The notes under the pieces: model-generated
The model's input: the letters and a program-made list of their open reading frames with translations, nothing else
Databases searched by the model: none
What the model was told of the DNA's origin: nothing
Made by a program: the position numbers and the translations under genes
Shown here: positions 47,842 through 58,303 of the stretch, piece by piece
How the letters are laid out: every line of letters starts with the position of its first letter
How positions within the stretch are numbered: the first letter of the stretch is position 1
Assembly: GCA_964529835.1 (NCBI GenBank)
Contig: CAZGZQ010000002.1
Location: forward strand, 9,341-73,340
Length of the DNA stretch: 64,000 nucleotides
Source of the DNA: an uncultured Pseudomonadota bacterium
Lineage (GTDB): Bacteria; Babelota; Babeliae; Babelales; Vermiphilaceae
Direction: 5' to 3'

Positions 47842-48318
47842 TTAATAACTGCCTGTATTAATACACAAATCTGTTACAAAAAAATTATGATATCCGATTG
47901 TCGGCACACTAAATTTGTAAAAAACAAATGGCATGTTAATCAGCCAAGCATTAGTAACCATCACAGGTCTTAAATTCACATCCATTAAAAGACAATTTTT
48001 TTCAATGTCACACGCCCTAATCCATTGCCCACTTTTATACAATCTAAAAAGTTGGTTTGGATCACAAACTAATCGCGTTGATCCAAAAGCAAGACATACC
48101 CCAATTGGTGATTCGTACGAATATAAAAAACCTATTTTGAATGAGCTTTTTTGATAATAAATATCAAAGCAAGCAATATGATCAAGAGAAGAGATATATT
48201 TAATTTTATAAAATATATCATTATCCATAAGCACCAGGGTTTCAGGTGTAAACCCAGCATTGATAAAAATTTGACAGAGTAAAAAAAATAAAAAAAAATT
48301 TTTCATATACTTCCTCAC
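47842..48318 (-). CDS. Secreted stand-alone Hint (Hedgehog/intein)-like domain protein lacking the N-terminal nucleophile (tentative)
   Basis: A signal peptide is followed by GFTPETLVLM (Hint block A without Cys/Ser). It also has QWIRACDIEKNCLL and the C-terminal YHNFFVTDLCINTGS, which resembles the HNF(F/V)..V.N block. Confidence 0.4.
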   Translation of the reverse strand: MRKYMKNFFLFFLLCQIFINAGFTPETLVLMDNDIFYKIKYISSLDHIACFDIYYQKSSFKIGFLYSYESPIGVCLAFGSTRLVCDPNQLFRLYKSGQWIRACDIEKNCLLMDVNLRPVMVTNAWLINMPFVFYKFSVPTIGYHNFFVTDLCINTGSY

Positions 48319-48390
48319 CTAAATTTTAAAAGAAATAATCAATCTTTTAAAAAAGAGTAGTACGAAATAATAAAAAATAAAACAAATAAA

Positions 48391-49719
48391 TTAGTCTATC
48401 TTAGTATCAACCACAATATAATTATACTCAGTTAATAATTTATTACGTAATCGATCAGCCTCTTGCCAATTACGATCTTTTCTTGCTCGTTCACGTTGAT
48501 CCACAAGTTGTTTTATCACATCATTAATATGCTGCTTGACAACCGTTTTTTCATGAACAAATGAAAGCCCTAAAACAGAAACGCAATAAGAAAAAATAGC
48601 ATTTTTTAAATCAGCATCATGTGCAATAAGATTAATATTGGTAAAAATAAGGGCAAAAAGGGCTGGTGTATTTAAATCATCTTGCAAAGCTTCATCCATT
48701 TTTACAACAAGAGAAAATTTTTTAATATCATTATATTGATATATATTTTCCGCACCATCAAATAATTGAACAAGTCTTTGATAAGATTTAAAAGAAGATT
48801 GAACTAACTCATCGGTCCATTCAAGCGGAGAATGATAATGGTGCTGAACAAAAAAATAACGAATCAAATCAGGTTTGTACTGCGCAAGTACTTCGTGTAA
48901 AAGTATAAAATTACCAAGAGATTTTGACATCTTCTCATGATGAACAGTTACAAGACCATTATGCATCCAGCACCGAACAAATGAATTTCCAAAAAAAGCT
49001 TCTGCTAAGGCCTTTTCATTTTCATGATGCGGAAAAATAAGATCTCGACCACCACCGTGAATATCAATATGAGAGCCCAAATACTGCGTCGCCATAACTG
49101 AGCATTCAACATGCCAACCAGGCCTTCCATTTCCCCACGGACTCTTCCAAAAAGGCTGTTGTTCACTTTTCCATAAAACAAAATCTCGTGGATCTTGCTT
49201 ATTTTCTATAGAAACGCGATGCTCTTTTTTTAAACTGTCTATTTTTTGGCCAGATAAATCACCATATGCATCTGATTTTAAAACTGAAAAATAAACATCA
49301 TTGCCCGAGCGATACGCATACCCTTTTTGTATTAACCCCTCAACAAATTGTATAATCTGCACAACATGATCAGTCACACGTGGTTCATAACAAGGTGCTA
49401 CGCAATTAAGCAACTCAAGGCTTTTTAAAAATTCTGGCATGTATCTGTTAACAAGTTTTTGGTACTCTTGTGCAGAACCGTATTCTTGTTCTGCTTTTTC
49501 AAGCAACTTATCTTCAATATCGGTGACATTTCGACAATAAGAAACATCAACTCCCCGATATCTAAAAAATCTTACCAAAAGATCAAATGAGACATAACAT
49601 CGACCATGCCCTATATGGGCAGATGAATAGGGAGTAATCCCACAAACATACAAAGAGATTTTATTGTTTTGAATAAAAAAAGGTTCTTTTTTACCTGATA
49701 ATGAGTTACTAAGTATCAT
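48391..49719 (-). CDS. cysS: Cysteine--tRNA ligase
   Basis: It has HIGH (SAHIGHGR), GWHVECS and KMSKS (EKMSKSLGN). Confidence 0.95.
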   Translation of the reverse strand: MILSNSLSGKKEPFFIQNNKISLYVCGITPYSSAHIGHGRCYVSFDLLVRFFRYRGVDVSYCRNVTDIEDKLLEKAEQEYGSAQEYQKLVNRYMPEFLKSLELLNCVAPCYEPRVTDHVVQIIQFVEGLIQKGYAYRSGNDVYFSVLKSDAYGDLSGQKIDSLKKEHRVSIENKQDPRDFVLWKSEQQPFWKSPWGNGRPGWHVECSVMATQYLGSHIDIHGGGRDLIFPHHENEKALAEAFFGNSFVRCWMHNGLVTVHHEKMSKSLGNFILLHEVLAQYKPDLIRYFFVQHHYHSPLEWTDELVQSSFKSYQRLVQLFDGAENIYQYNDIKKFSLVVKMDEALQDDLNTPALFALIFTNINLIAHDADLKNAIFSYCVSVLGLSFVHEKTVVKQHINDVIKQLVDQRERARKDRNWQEADRLRNKLLTEYNYIVVDTKID

Positions 49720-49855
49720 AGATTTAAATAGATTTTATTTAAAATGAGCATATCAAAAATAGATAAATTAGCTAGTCAATTTTTTAAAATCAGTTAGGCT
49801 ATTTCTCATCTAAAGAAACTCAATAATAGTCAAAAACAGTATATAAGGCACATTA

Positions 49856-52306
49856 ATGAAGCAAACAATACTGATTATCACAGTTTTCATAGCAGCAACA
49901 ATTTTTCAAAAAACAGTTACTGCTTCGTCTGTATCACCGCAACAATCAACACAAAGAACTATTAGTAAAGTTACCATTATCGGTAATAAACTAATTTCAA
50001 CAGAAGCTCTTTTAATTCATGTTCCGTACAAATCAGGTGAAGTTTTTGAACAAAAAGAATGTATCAAAGAAATTCACAATTCATTTAAACAAATTGCAAA
50101 AGTTATAATAAAGGGCTCACTTGAAGGAATAAATAAAATTGGTATTACAATTGAAATAACTGAAAAAAATCCTATTAAAGAAATTATAATTAAAGGCAAT
50201 CGACACATACCTTTAAAGGAAATTTTGAAAGCAATCAAAGCAGAAGAGATAACCGCTCTTGATGAACAAGAACTTGCAATGCTTGGCAAAACAATTAAAA
50301 AATTGTATACGGATAAAGGGTATGCAAAAACAGAAATTGCAACCGCTATTGAAACTGTCAATAACCAAAATAATGCTGTTTTTACTATCAGTGAAGGTAA
50401 ACGATCCACAATTCGAAAAATAAATTTTTCTGGAAACAAATCAATTTCAGATAAAAATCTTCGCCAAGCAATCATTTCTAAGGAAGACTGGGTTCTTGGA
50501 TTCATGGATAAATCAAGTACATATCATCCTGAAAGAATTATGTATGGTGATACTCAAATGATCGAGGATCTTTACATAAATCAAGGTTTTTTATATGCAA
50601 AAGTTACGGATGTTACAACATTTATTGATCCAAAAACCTTTGCTATCGACCTTACATTCCACATACAAGAAGGACTGCAATATTCAATTGGCAGTATAAC
50701 CATGCAAGATTCACCTGAAATTTCAAGTGAAAAATTACTCTCAATAATACCTTTAAAAACAGGTATGCGATACAGTCGAAATGCAATATCTCAGTCAATA
50801 AAAACAATCGAAAGAGCATGGGCACAACAAGGGTATCTTTTCAGTTCAGCTCAACCATCAATTATCCCAAACGAAAATAATCAAACAGTTACTGTTGGGT
50901 TTAGTTACAGCAAAGGAGAAAAAGTTTTTGTTAATCGAATTGACATTGTAGGGAACAAAAAAACACGCGATAAAATTATTCGTCGAAAAATAATAGTTGA
51001 AGAGGGAGATGCAATAACACAAACCGCCCTTGATTTTTCAAAAAATTCAGTTGCAACGCTTGGTTTTTTTGATCAAAAAGATGGTGTAAACTGGAAGATC
51101 AAACGAATAAATGAAAAATCAGCAAACCTTGAACTACAATTAAAAGAGCGCAAAACAGGAAACTTAAGCTGTTCTCTTGGCTACGGAGGATCAGGAACAG
51201 ACATACGCTCATCAGGAACCGGTCTGAATGCAAAAATTGATTACTCAGATATCAATTTTTTGGGAAATGGAATTCAATCAAATCTTTCAGCTTCATGGGC
51301 TCGCGATGAACAAACATTAGTATTTCGCGCTGCACAACCATGGATGTTTGACAAACCAATTTTAGGAGCGATTGATCTCTATCATAAACGCCCAACGTAT
51401 GATGAATTGAGAAACTTAAGCACAAATGTTGTCAAAGAAAAACTCACTGGGGGAGCGCTTACATCGGGATTTATAATACAATCAAACAAATATAGAACTT
51501 TTCAAGATACAAATGTTCTTTTTTCTCTTGGTATGGATCATCTTGCATATCAAGAACATCCACGAGCGGCAATCTCTTTTGATGATAAAAATCAAGTAGC
51601 GCTTTTAAACCAACAATTCCAATCAATTCTTGATCAAGCATTTCACCCAGGAGAATTTTTGTGGTTTTCTCATAATCTTGAACAAGATCAGCGCAACCAT
51701 CCAATGCATCCAAGTCAAGGTCATCGATGGAAGTTTACCACAAAAGTTGCTCTTCCTGTATTGGGAAGCGATATTGGATTTTTTAAATTTTCTCTCGATA
51801 CTCACTGGTACACAACGCTTATTGATGAGTTAGGACTTGTATTTCATGTTCATGCATTATGCGGAATTACAAAACCATTTGCCAAGCGGATTATTCCATT
51901 TGGAGAGCTCTTTCACATCGGCGGACCAGCAACAGTCCGTGGATTTCAATTTGGACAAATAGGACCACGCTTTTTAAAAACCAGCACAATAGGGGCAGAA
52001 AAGACAGTAGTATTTAATCTTGAACTTATCTTTCCTATTACCAATGATTACTCTATCAAGGGAGTTCTTTTTTATGATGGTGGGGCAGGTTGGGGTAATC
52101 CCTATATTGATGACGTTAATAAAGATTTTGTTAATGGGCTTCATTTTGATTATCGTCACTCTGTTGGTATTGGAATCAGACTTCTTTCCCCTATTCCACT
52201 TAAAATTGATTGGGGCTTTAAAATCGACCCTAAAAAAGACAGACTTGATAGTCGAAAAAATGAACTTTCAAGCGAAGTTCATTTTGGAATGTCTTATGAC
52301 TTATAA
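49856..52306 (+). CDS. bamA: Outer membrane protein assembly factor BamA (Omp85 family)
   Basis: It has a signal peptide, repeated POTRA-like units (I.I.GN...S...L) and NRIDIVGNKKTRDKIIRR. The C-terminal ~350 aa form a beta-barrel region. Confidence 0.9.
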   Translation: MKQTILIITVFIAATIFQKTVTASSVSPQQSTQRTISKVTIIGNKLISTEALLIHVPYKSGEVFEQKECIKEIHNSFKQIAKVIIKGSLEGINKIGITIEITEKNPIKEIIIKGNRHIPLKEILKAIKAEEITALDEQELAMLGKTIKKLYTDKGYAKTEIATAIETVNNQNNAVFTISEGKRSTIRKINFSGNKSISDKNLRQAIISKEDWVLGFMDKSSTYHPERIMYGDTQMIEDLYINQGFLYAKVTDVTTFIDPKTFAIDLTFHIQEGLQYSIGSITMQDSPEISSEKLLSIIPLKTGMRYSRNAISQSIKTIERAWAQQGYLFSSAQPSIIPNENNQTVTVGFSYSKGEKVFVNRIDIVGNKKTRDKIIRRKIIVEEGDAITQTALDFSKNSVATLGFFDQKDGVNWKIKRINEKSANLELQLKERKTGNLSCSLGYGGSGTDIRSSGTGLNAKIDYSDINFLGNGIQSNLSASWARDEQTLVFRAAQPWMFDKPILGAIDLYHKRPTYDELRNLSTNVVKEKLTGGALTSGFIIQSNKYRTFQDTNVLFSLGMDHLAYQEHPRAAISFDDKNQVALLNQQFQSILDQAFHPGEFLWFSHNLEQDQRNHPMHPSQGHRWKFTTKVALPVLGSDIGFFKFSLDTHWYTTLIDELGLVFHVHALCGITKPFAKRIIPFGELFHIGGPATVRGFQFGQIGPRFLKTSTIGAEKTVVFNLELIFPITNDYSIKGVLFYDGGAGWGNPYIDDVNKDFVNGLHFDYRHSVGIGIRLLSPIPLKIDWGFKIDPKKDRLDSRKNELSSEVHFGMSYDL

Positions 52307-52386
52307 TCTATAAAAAATCTTGAAAAAAAATTTTCAGGCCCATATCCTGCTAATAAATACGCAGTATTTTTGAAAGATGTTCATAT

Positions 52387-52659
52387 ATGGGCTATGGAAA
52401 TAAATTTTTATACGGTATGATAGGCGTTCATTTATCTATTATTATGATGCAAATTTATATGTATAGCACATATCTTCACTATATATATGCAATTCAAAAA
52501 GAAGAACGAATTCAAGAACAACTTAAAAGAACAATATCTGAATGTGAACAAAAGATACAAATAATCCAAAACCTAAAATTAATCAAAGAAAAAGCCACAA
52601 CTGAATTGTGCATGGAAACTCTTTCACTCTCAAAAATTAATACCATTACATTAACATGA
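52387..52659 (+). CDS. FtsL-like cell-division protein (tentative)
   Basis: It is 90 aa with one TM helix followed by coiled coil. The C-terminus is IKEKATTELCME. It overlaps the start of the ftsI-like gene by 4 nt, as in dcw clusters. Confidence 0.45.
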   Translation: MGYGNKFLYGMIGVHLSIIMMQIYMYSTYLHYIYAIQKEERIQEQLKRTISECEQKIQIIQNLKLIKEKATTELCMETLSLSKINTITLT

Positions 52660-54257
52660 TTATTGGGCAACAAAAAATTCGTTCATTTATCTTGTGTACT
52701 CTTTTGTGCGCAATACATATCTTGCTCGTTTTTCGATTATATTATATACAAATAATACACCATAACTTTTATCTTGATATTTCTCAAAAACAAACGTCTC
52801 TTTTTGTATCACAATATGCACCACGCGGAGAAATATTTGATCGAAATGGCATTTTACTTGCAACAAATACTGACTGTATTTCTGCCTTTATCATTCCAAA
52901 ACAACTTACACAAAAAGATTTAACTGAATTACAAAACAATGGATTTTTAGAAAAAGAGGTCTCTCATAAAAAAAGTAATTTTTTATATATTGCACGACAC
53001 ATCAGTCAAGAACAAAAACAGATATTTGAACAACATTCAACAATTCATTTTTTATATGAAAAAGGGAGACATTATCCACATAAATCATGCCTTTCATGTA
53101 TCGGAGTTACCAACATAGACAATCAAGGAATTGCAGGAATTGAATATTTTTTCAATCAACAATTGCAAGGCAATCCAACAGATTATATTATGCAAAAAGA
53201 TGCACGCAAAGACTCTTTTTATACCAAAAAAGAAATTGTCCAACAAGGACATTTGCCAGAACCAATAACAGTCACGCTTGATAGCACATTACAATTCCTT
53301 GTCGAAGAAATATTACAAAAAAAAATGTCTGAATGGGATTGTCAACAAGGAGCTGCAATTATTGCAGATCCAAAAACAGGAGAAATATTAGCGCTTGTTT
53401 CGCACAATACAAATATACACGAAAAAAATAATATTCATAACTACGGAGTTACTCATGCATATGAATTTGGTTCTGTAAATAAAGTTTTTCTTGCACTTGC
53501 AGCGCTTGATGAAAAAATTGTAGATCGCAATACTCTTATTGATTGCAGAAATACAAAAACAACAATCCTTGATGGCAGGCCAGTTAACACGTGGAAAGCA
53601 GACGGCGCAATTCCCTTTTCTTCTGTGATAGCTCAATCAAATAATATTGGAGTTGCAATCGTTGCAAAAGAATTAAATGAAAAATTATATCATCATTATA
53701 TAAAATTAGGATTTGGCAAAAAACCTTCAATCGAACTTCCTGCCGCAGCAAAAGGATTTGTAAATCATCCAAGCAATTGGTCAAAGCAATCGATTATTTC
53801 ATTGTCATATGGATATGAAATTGCAGCATCACTTTTGCAATTAACACAAGCATTTTGCATTATTGCACACGATGGGATAGCAGTACCTCTTTCTCTTATC
53901 AAAAATACTCATGAAAAAAAGAAAAAACAAAAATATAAAGGCGATACAATTGAAAATATCAAAGCAATTTTAGAAGAAACAACTCAGCAAGGAACTGCCC
54001 ATCGAGCACGTATGAAAGGATATCGCGTAATGACAAAAACAGGAAGCGCTCATCTGCTTGTCAATGGTCAGTATAGCCCCGACTCAAACATTTACTCATG
54101 TGCAGGAATTATTGAAAAAGATTCATATCAAAGGGTCATTACGTTATATGTAACAAAAGAAGGCGCTGGTCAAAAAAAATTATGGGCATCTATTATTGCA
54201 GTCCCAATTTTTCAAGCTATTGCTGAAAAAATGTTAGTACACGAACGAATTATTTAA
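52656..54257 (+). CDS. ftsI: Class B penicillin-binding protein / peptidoglycan D,D-transpeptidase (FtsI/PBP2-like)
   Basis: It has an N-terminal TM anchor plus SVNK (SxxK), SNN (SxN) and KTGSA (KTG). Confidence 0.85.
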   Translation: MIIGQQKIRSFILCTLLCAIHILLVFRLYYIQIIHHNFYLDISQKQTSLFVSQYAPRGEIFDRNGILLATNTDCISAFIIPKQLTQKDLTELQNNGFLEKEVSHKKSNFLYIARHISQEQKQIFEQHSTIHFLYEKGRHYPHKSCLSCIGVTNIDNQGIAGIEYFFNQQLQGNPTDYIMQKDARKDSFYTKKEIVQQGHLPEPITVTLDSTLQFLVEEILQKKMSEWDCQQGAAIIADPKTGEILALVSHNTNIHEKNNIHNYGVTHAYEFGSVNKVFLALAALDEKIVDRNTLIDCRNTKTTILDGRPVNTWKADGAIPFSSVIAQSNNIGVAIVAKELNEKLYHHYIKLGFGKKPSIELPAAAKGFVNHPSNWSKQSIISLSYGYEIAASLLQLTQAFCIIAHDGIAVPLSLIKNTHEKKKKQKYKGDTIENIKAILEETTQQGTAHRARMKGYRVMTKTGSAHLLVNGQYSPDSNIYSCAGIIEKDSYQRVITLYVTKEGAGQKKLWASIIAVPIFQAIAEKMLVHERII

Positions 54258-55570
54258 TTTCTATTATTAAAAGTATCTTTATAGGGTTTACAGCCAAAGT
54301 ATAGCGTGCACAACCTATCCAAAAAAGCATATTTTGTAAATAATCCAAATTGATTTTCCATCAACCATTCCATTCGTTCTTTAGAATGAAGGTATTCACA
54401 AAAAAAATTAAAAAATACAGTACCTATAATAATAATTCCAGACAAAAGACGGAATGGAAATATACAATTTTCTTTTAATACTAAAGGAATAAGATCATAT
54501 GCTATTCTTGTTGCACATGCAAAATGCAAAAAAGAAGAATCACGAGCTTGTAAAAATAGCAAACCGTTTATAACCAAACAAACAACTAAATGAAACGTTC
54601 TCAGCCCAAAATCAGATGATCTGATTGTACAACAAATATCAAAAATTGACCAAAAAAGACCAATCAAAAACATTGATTGACTTAAGCAATTGATCATACT
54701 AATGTTATGGCTTATATCCTGACACCTTTGAAATGATGATTCATCAAGCTTACAATTTATAAAATAATTATTTCTTGATTGATCTTCATTAAAATATTTT
54801 TTAAAAATAATTTTTCTTATAACTTTATTTTTTTGCTCATCAGTTTTCCCCAAAGAAAGATTGAAACAATTTTTCAAAGTAATAGTTTTAAAAGTTTTTT
54901 GTAACTTAAAAAGTGTTTCATTAATTGAAGAATTTAAAATAGTAACTCTCTTCAAATTTAAATTTTGATTTTGATTCAAATTTTTGAATTGATTAAAAAA
55001 TTGAGTCAAACTATCTGAAGCAAGACCATTTAACTCTAAATAATGCGCATTTGCGTGCATCAAACAAGTAAAAAATGTTTGACTATCATGCGCTATTAAT
55101 TCATTCCATTCAGGTTTTGATTTAATAATTTGTTCTTTGCAAATACTCTCAAAATAGTCAGGCAAACGTTCAGGCATATTTGTTTTTAAATATTCAAAAC
55201 AGTCACCTGAAACATTAAAATAATTATCGCTGTTTTTTATATATTCTTCAACTTTGCGTTTTTTGTCATAATCAGGCAACACACAAGTCATAATTGAAAA
55301 ATTTAATAGTCCTTTTTTAATGGCTGCTTTCAAAAGAGGATCAAGAAAAATCTCTTGATCAAATCCTAATGCTTTTCTATCGACCGCAAGATTTACAAGA
55401 AGCTGTGTTGTTGCACCTGAATAATTAAAATGAGGATTAAATAATTTCTTAAGATATTGTCTGTTTTTGCTTTTTTTTTGAAGGAAAAGGAAATTTTTTA
55501 AAAATTTCTTTTTGAAAACCGTGTGCATCATATGTAAAGTCTTTAATCGCATTGCATAGAGAAAGATCAA
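54254..55570 (-). CDS. Hypothetical protein with C-terminal multi-TM region; true N-terminus probably supplied by ORF 55449-55655 across an A9 tract
   Basis: It is a long ORF with C-terminal helices MFLIGLFWSIFDICC, FHLVVCLVINGLLFL and LLSGIIIIGTVFFNFF. The first ~30 codons look non-native. Confidence 0.55.
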   Translation of the reverse strand: MIFLYAMRLKTLHMMHTVFKKKFLKNFLFLQKKSKNRQYLKKLFNPHFNYSGATTQLLVNLAVDRKALGFDQEIFLDPLLKAAIKKGLLNFSIMTCVLPDYDKKRKVEEYIKNSDNYFNVSGDCFEYLKTNMPERLPDYFESICKEQIIKSKPEWNELIAHDSQTFFTCLMHANAHYLELNGLASDSLTQFFNQFKNLNQNQNLNLKRVTILNSSINETLFKLQKTFKTITLKNCFNLSLGKTDEQKNKVIRKIIFKKYFNEDQSRNNYFINCKLDESSFQRCQDISHNISMINCLSQSMFLIGLFWSIFDICCTIRSSDFGLRTFHLVVCLVINGLLFLQARDSSFLHFACATRIAYDLIPLVLKENCIFPFRLLSGIIIIGTVFFNFFCEYLHSKERMEWLMENQFGLFTKYAFLDRLCTLYFGCKPYKDTFNNRN

Positions 55571-55655
55571 TATCTAAACCTTTCCATTTGACATAAAACT
55601 CATCAGAAGAAAATAAAAAAGAAAAAGCAAACAAAAAAAGATATATAAAAATCAT
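55449..55655 (-). CDS. 68-aa ORF encoding a signal peptide; likely the 5' part of the 54254-55570 gene, displaced by a 1-nt frame change
   Basis: It starts MIFIYLFLFAFSFLFSS. Both frames read through the A9 run (plus-strand T9 at 55471-55479). Confidence 0.45.
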   Translation of the reverse strand: MIFIYLFLFAFSFLFSSDEFYVKWKGLDIDLSLCNAIKDFTYDAHGFQKEIFKKFPFPSKKKQKQTIS

Positions 55656-55800
55656 AAAGCAAACTTTTAAAAAAACAGTTTAATTATAATCATTTAAATA
55701 CATTTTTGATATACATATGATGTGTAATAAAGATAACTGTGATTATCTTGTCTTTTTCAAAAAAAATTTAATAGAGTTATTTAAAAAAGGACCTAGTCAA

Positions 55801-57174
55801 ATGATGGGCATAAATCAGCGCTTTACCCTTTTGTTCATTTTGTTAACACAAACCATCATTACATACGAAATCAAACGATCACATACATTTATGAAATCTC
55901 ATCAAGCAGATCGCCATATTTTTTTGCATCAAATCAATAAAGGCATTGCGCAAGGATCATCTCTTTCTGTAACAGGTTTTTATTTTGAAGGACTTAAGCA
56001 TGAAAAAACAGCAAAGCCTTTTTTAATTAATCATAAAGAAAAATTATTAATTCAAGGCGATGCCGTTCCCAATAATTTTAATCGTGATGTGCGGGCTGAA
56101 TGGCTCGATTTGCCATCAGATTTTAATTCAGAATTTGGCATGCGACCAACCGCACAACAAAGAGGCTTTATCGTTGAAGCAGAACAAAGCTTATTCAAAC
56201 TTACTGGATTTAATATTTTTAAAAAAAGTCGAGTCTGCCTAAGAGTTCCGGTTATGCATGTCAGACATTCTCTCAACATGCAAGGCAATCAAGAACTTAT
56301 AAAAGCGCTTAATAATCCCGAATGGAAAAATCTTTTGTTTGCTCCCACACAAAAAAAATGGGGTATTGGAGATATCACACTCTACACAAAAACCTGCTTT
56401 TCACGAGATTATGTAACACTCAATTATTATAGTGGATTTATAATTCCAACAGGAGCAAAGTATAACAACGAGAATTTTTTTCCGATTCAATTTGGCAACA
56501 ACAGAAGACTTGGGTTGAATGGCGGCATTGATCTTCAAATACATTTGAATAAACAACCCTCTACCTTCAAATCAATTTTTTTTCTCAATCTTGATGCATG
56601 TTATCTTTTAAGAACATTTAGAACACGAACATTTAATCTCAAAGAAAAACCGTGGAGCTGTTTTATGTGCTTTAATTCTGCACAAGATCCACAAAAAATA
56701 AATATCCCCGGTGTTAATGTATTAAGTTATGAGGCTCATATCAAACCAAATAGCATGGCAGATTTTGCAATAGGATATAGCGTTGGAAATGAGCAAATTT
56801 CCTGCTCATTTGGATATAACGTGTGGGGATATGAAGGTGAACATATTGAAGACATAAAAAATTGCTCGTCAGAAAATTTTGGGATTGCATCAGGTATTTC
56901 AAGCAATACTCCAACAAGCGCAAGCCAAAGTACAATATCAAAGCAAAGTCAACCAGACGAAACATTTAATCCCATCAAAAAACTTGATATAGACTTAAAA
57001 TCAGGAGCGCATCCTTCTGTTCTAAATCATGCAATTTTCTTCACAGCAACAGGCAATATTAAAACAAATTCATTTGAAACAATGATAAAAATTGGCATTG
57101 TAGGAGAATTTCCTCAAAAAAATGGAATTTGTCCATTATGGGGAATGTGGACAAGCATTATTATATCGGTCTGA
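55801..57174 (+). CDS. Hypothetical secreted protein, possibly an outer-membrane beta-barrel
   Basis: MMGINQRFTLLFILLTQTII resembles a signal peptide (the track start is 55717). It has no later TM helix and shows alternating aromatic/Gly-rich stretches. No terminal Phe is present. The call is weak. Confidence 0.35.
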   Translation: MMGINQRFTLLFILLTQTIITYEIKRSHTFMKSHQADRHIFLHQINKGIAQGSSLSVTGFYFEGLKHEKTAKPFLINHKEKLLIQGDAVPNNFNRDVRAEWLDLPSDFNSEFGMRPTAQQRGFIVEAEQSLFKLTGFNIFKKSRVCLRVPVMHVRHSLNMQGNQELIKALNNPEWKNLLFAPTQKKWGIGDITLYTKTCFSRDYVTLNYYSGFIIPTGAKYNNENFFPIQFGNNRRLGLNGGIDLQIHLNKQPSTFKSIFFLNLDACYLLRTFRTRTFNLKEKPWSCFMCFNSAQDPQKINIPGVNVLSYEAHIKPNSMADFAIGYSVGNEQISCSFGYNVWGYEGEHIEDIKNCSSENFGIASGISSNTPTSASQSTISKQSQPDETFNPIKKLDIDLKSGAHPSVLNHAIFFTATGNIKTNSFETMIKIGIVGEFPQKNGICPLWGMWTSIIISV

Positions 57175-57256
57175 TAATAACACTCAAAAAAATATTTATT
57201 GACATACAAAAAAAGGCTTTAATAGATTTTCAAAAAGAGTAGCAAGGATAGAAAAT

Positions 57257-58300
57257 ATGATATCGAGTTTTTCTACAAACAAAAATCAAAAAAATCCACT
57301 CGTTTCTCCCTTGTTTCAAATCATTCTCATCACTCTTTCATCACTTATTTTCAGTATTAACTTATACAATCAAATCAATACATGGAAACAAAAAGATCCT
57401 ATTCCTGTCATTGAAACGGTAAATCCAATTACATATAAAAATTTTGGCGGATTTGCATACCAAGTCAAAGTAGGTCTTTATATCGAAGACTTTAATATTT
57501 TTGACACAGTTAAAAACGATTTTCTTCTTTCAGGTATTGTCTGGTTTATGTTTCCAATTGGGGCATTTGCCCTTGATACATTAGGCCAATTTTCTTTTGC
57601 AAGAGCAGATATTCTTGAACGGTCACGTCCCATAACATTATTGTTTGAAAATTATATGGTTGCACAATACAAAATTAAAATACGATTTAAATCCCCTTTA
57701 TTGCTTCACGACTTTCCTTTAGATAATCACAGAATTGTTATTGAATTAAATCACACAGTTATATCACCTACAGAAGTTTTATTTGAATCGGGACTTCAAT
57801 TTTTTCAAATAAAACCATCAAATATTTCAGGATGGGAGATTGTTGATAGACAAATTACACAGGGATACACAAAAGTTATCTTATCAGAAGAAAATCCAAC
57901 CAAGGAATTTTATTATCCCACTGTACTTTTTCTTGTTGATACAATGCGATCAGGAACTCAATATCCACTCACACTTTTTCTTCCCCTTCTTATGATTTTT
58001 TTCATTATCTTATTTGCTTTTAGTATCGAAAGAGAAGAAACACGAATAACTCTTACTGCAAGTGGTGTTACAGGTATTTTGGCATATCGATTTGTAATTG
58101 CAAATTTATCTCCACAAGTTGGATATTTCATGATTTCTGATTATTGCTTTTTCCTTTTTTTAGGCCTCTCAATTATGATTTTTTTAGTAAATATTGTTGA
58201 TATATTTTATGCAAATTTTTCTCGTTTTATAAAAAACAGTTTTGTAATACTCTTTCATTTTATTACAAATGCAACGATAATGTATTTATTCTATAGGTAA
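57257..58300 (+). CDS. Prokaryotic pentameric ligand-gated ion channel (GLIC/ELIC-type, Cys-loop superfamily) homologue
   Basis: It is collinear with GLIC blocks. VKVGLYIEDFNIFDTVKNDF..WFMF matches beta1-2. DFPLDNHRIVIEL matches the FPFD loop. ISGWEIVD is also shared. The pre-M1/M1 is YPLTLFLPLLMIFFIILFAFSI and the M2 is EETRITLTASGVTGILAYRF. M3, a short loop and M4 follow. Confidence 0.7.
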   Translation: MISSFSTNKNQKNPLVSPLFQIILITLSSLIFSINLYNQINTWKQKDPIPVIETVNPITYKNFGGFAYQVKVGLYIEDFNIFDTVKNDFLLSGIVWFMFPIGAFALDTLGQFSFARADILERSRPITLLFENYMVAQYKIKIRFKSPLLLHDFPLDNHRIVIELNHTVISPTEVLFESGLQFFQIKPSNISGWEIVDRQITQGYTKVILSEENPTKEFYYPTVLFLVDTMRSGTQYPLTLFLPLLMIFFIILFAFSIEREETRITLTASGVTGILAYRFVIANLSPQVGYFMISDYCFFLFLGLSIMIFLVNIVDIFYANFSRFIKNSFVILFHFITNATIMYLFYR

Positions 58301-58303
58301 AAA

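Noticed and set aside
54254-54257. Convergent genes (ftsI-like and 54254-55570) have stop codons that overlap by 4 nt.
   Set aside because: This is a consequence of compact AT-rich genome packing (TTAA-type overlap). There is no evidence of regulatory significance.
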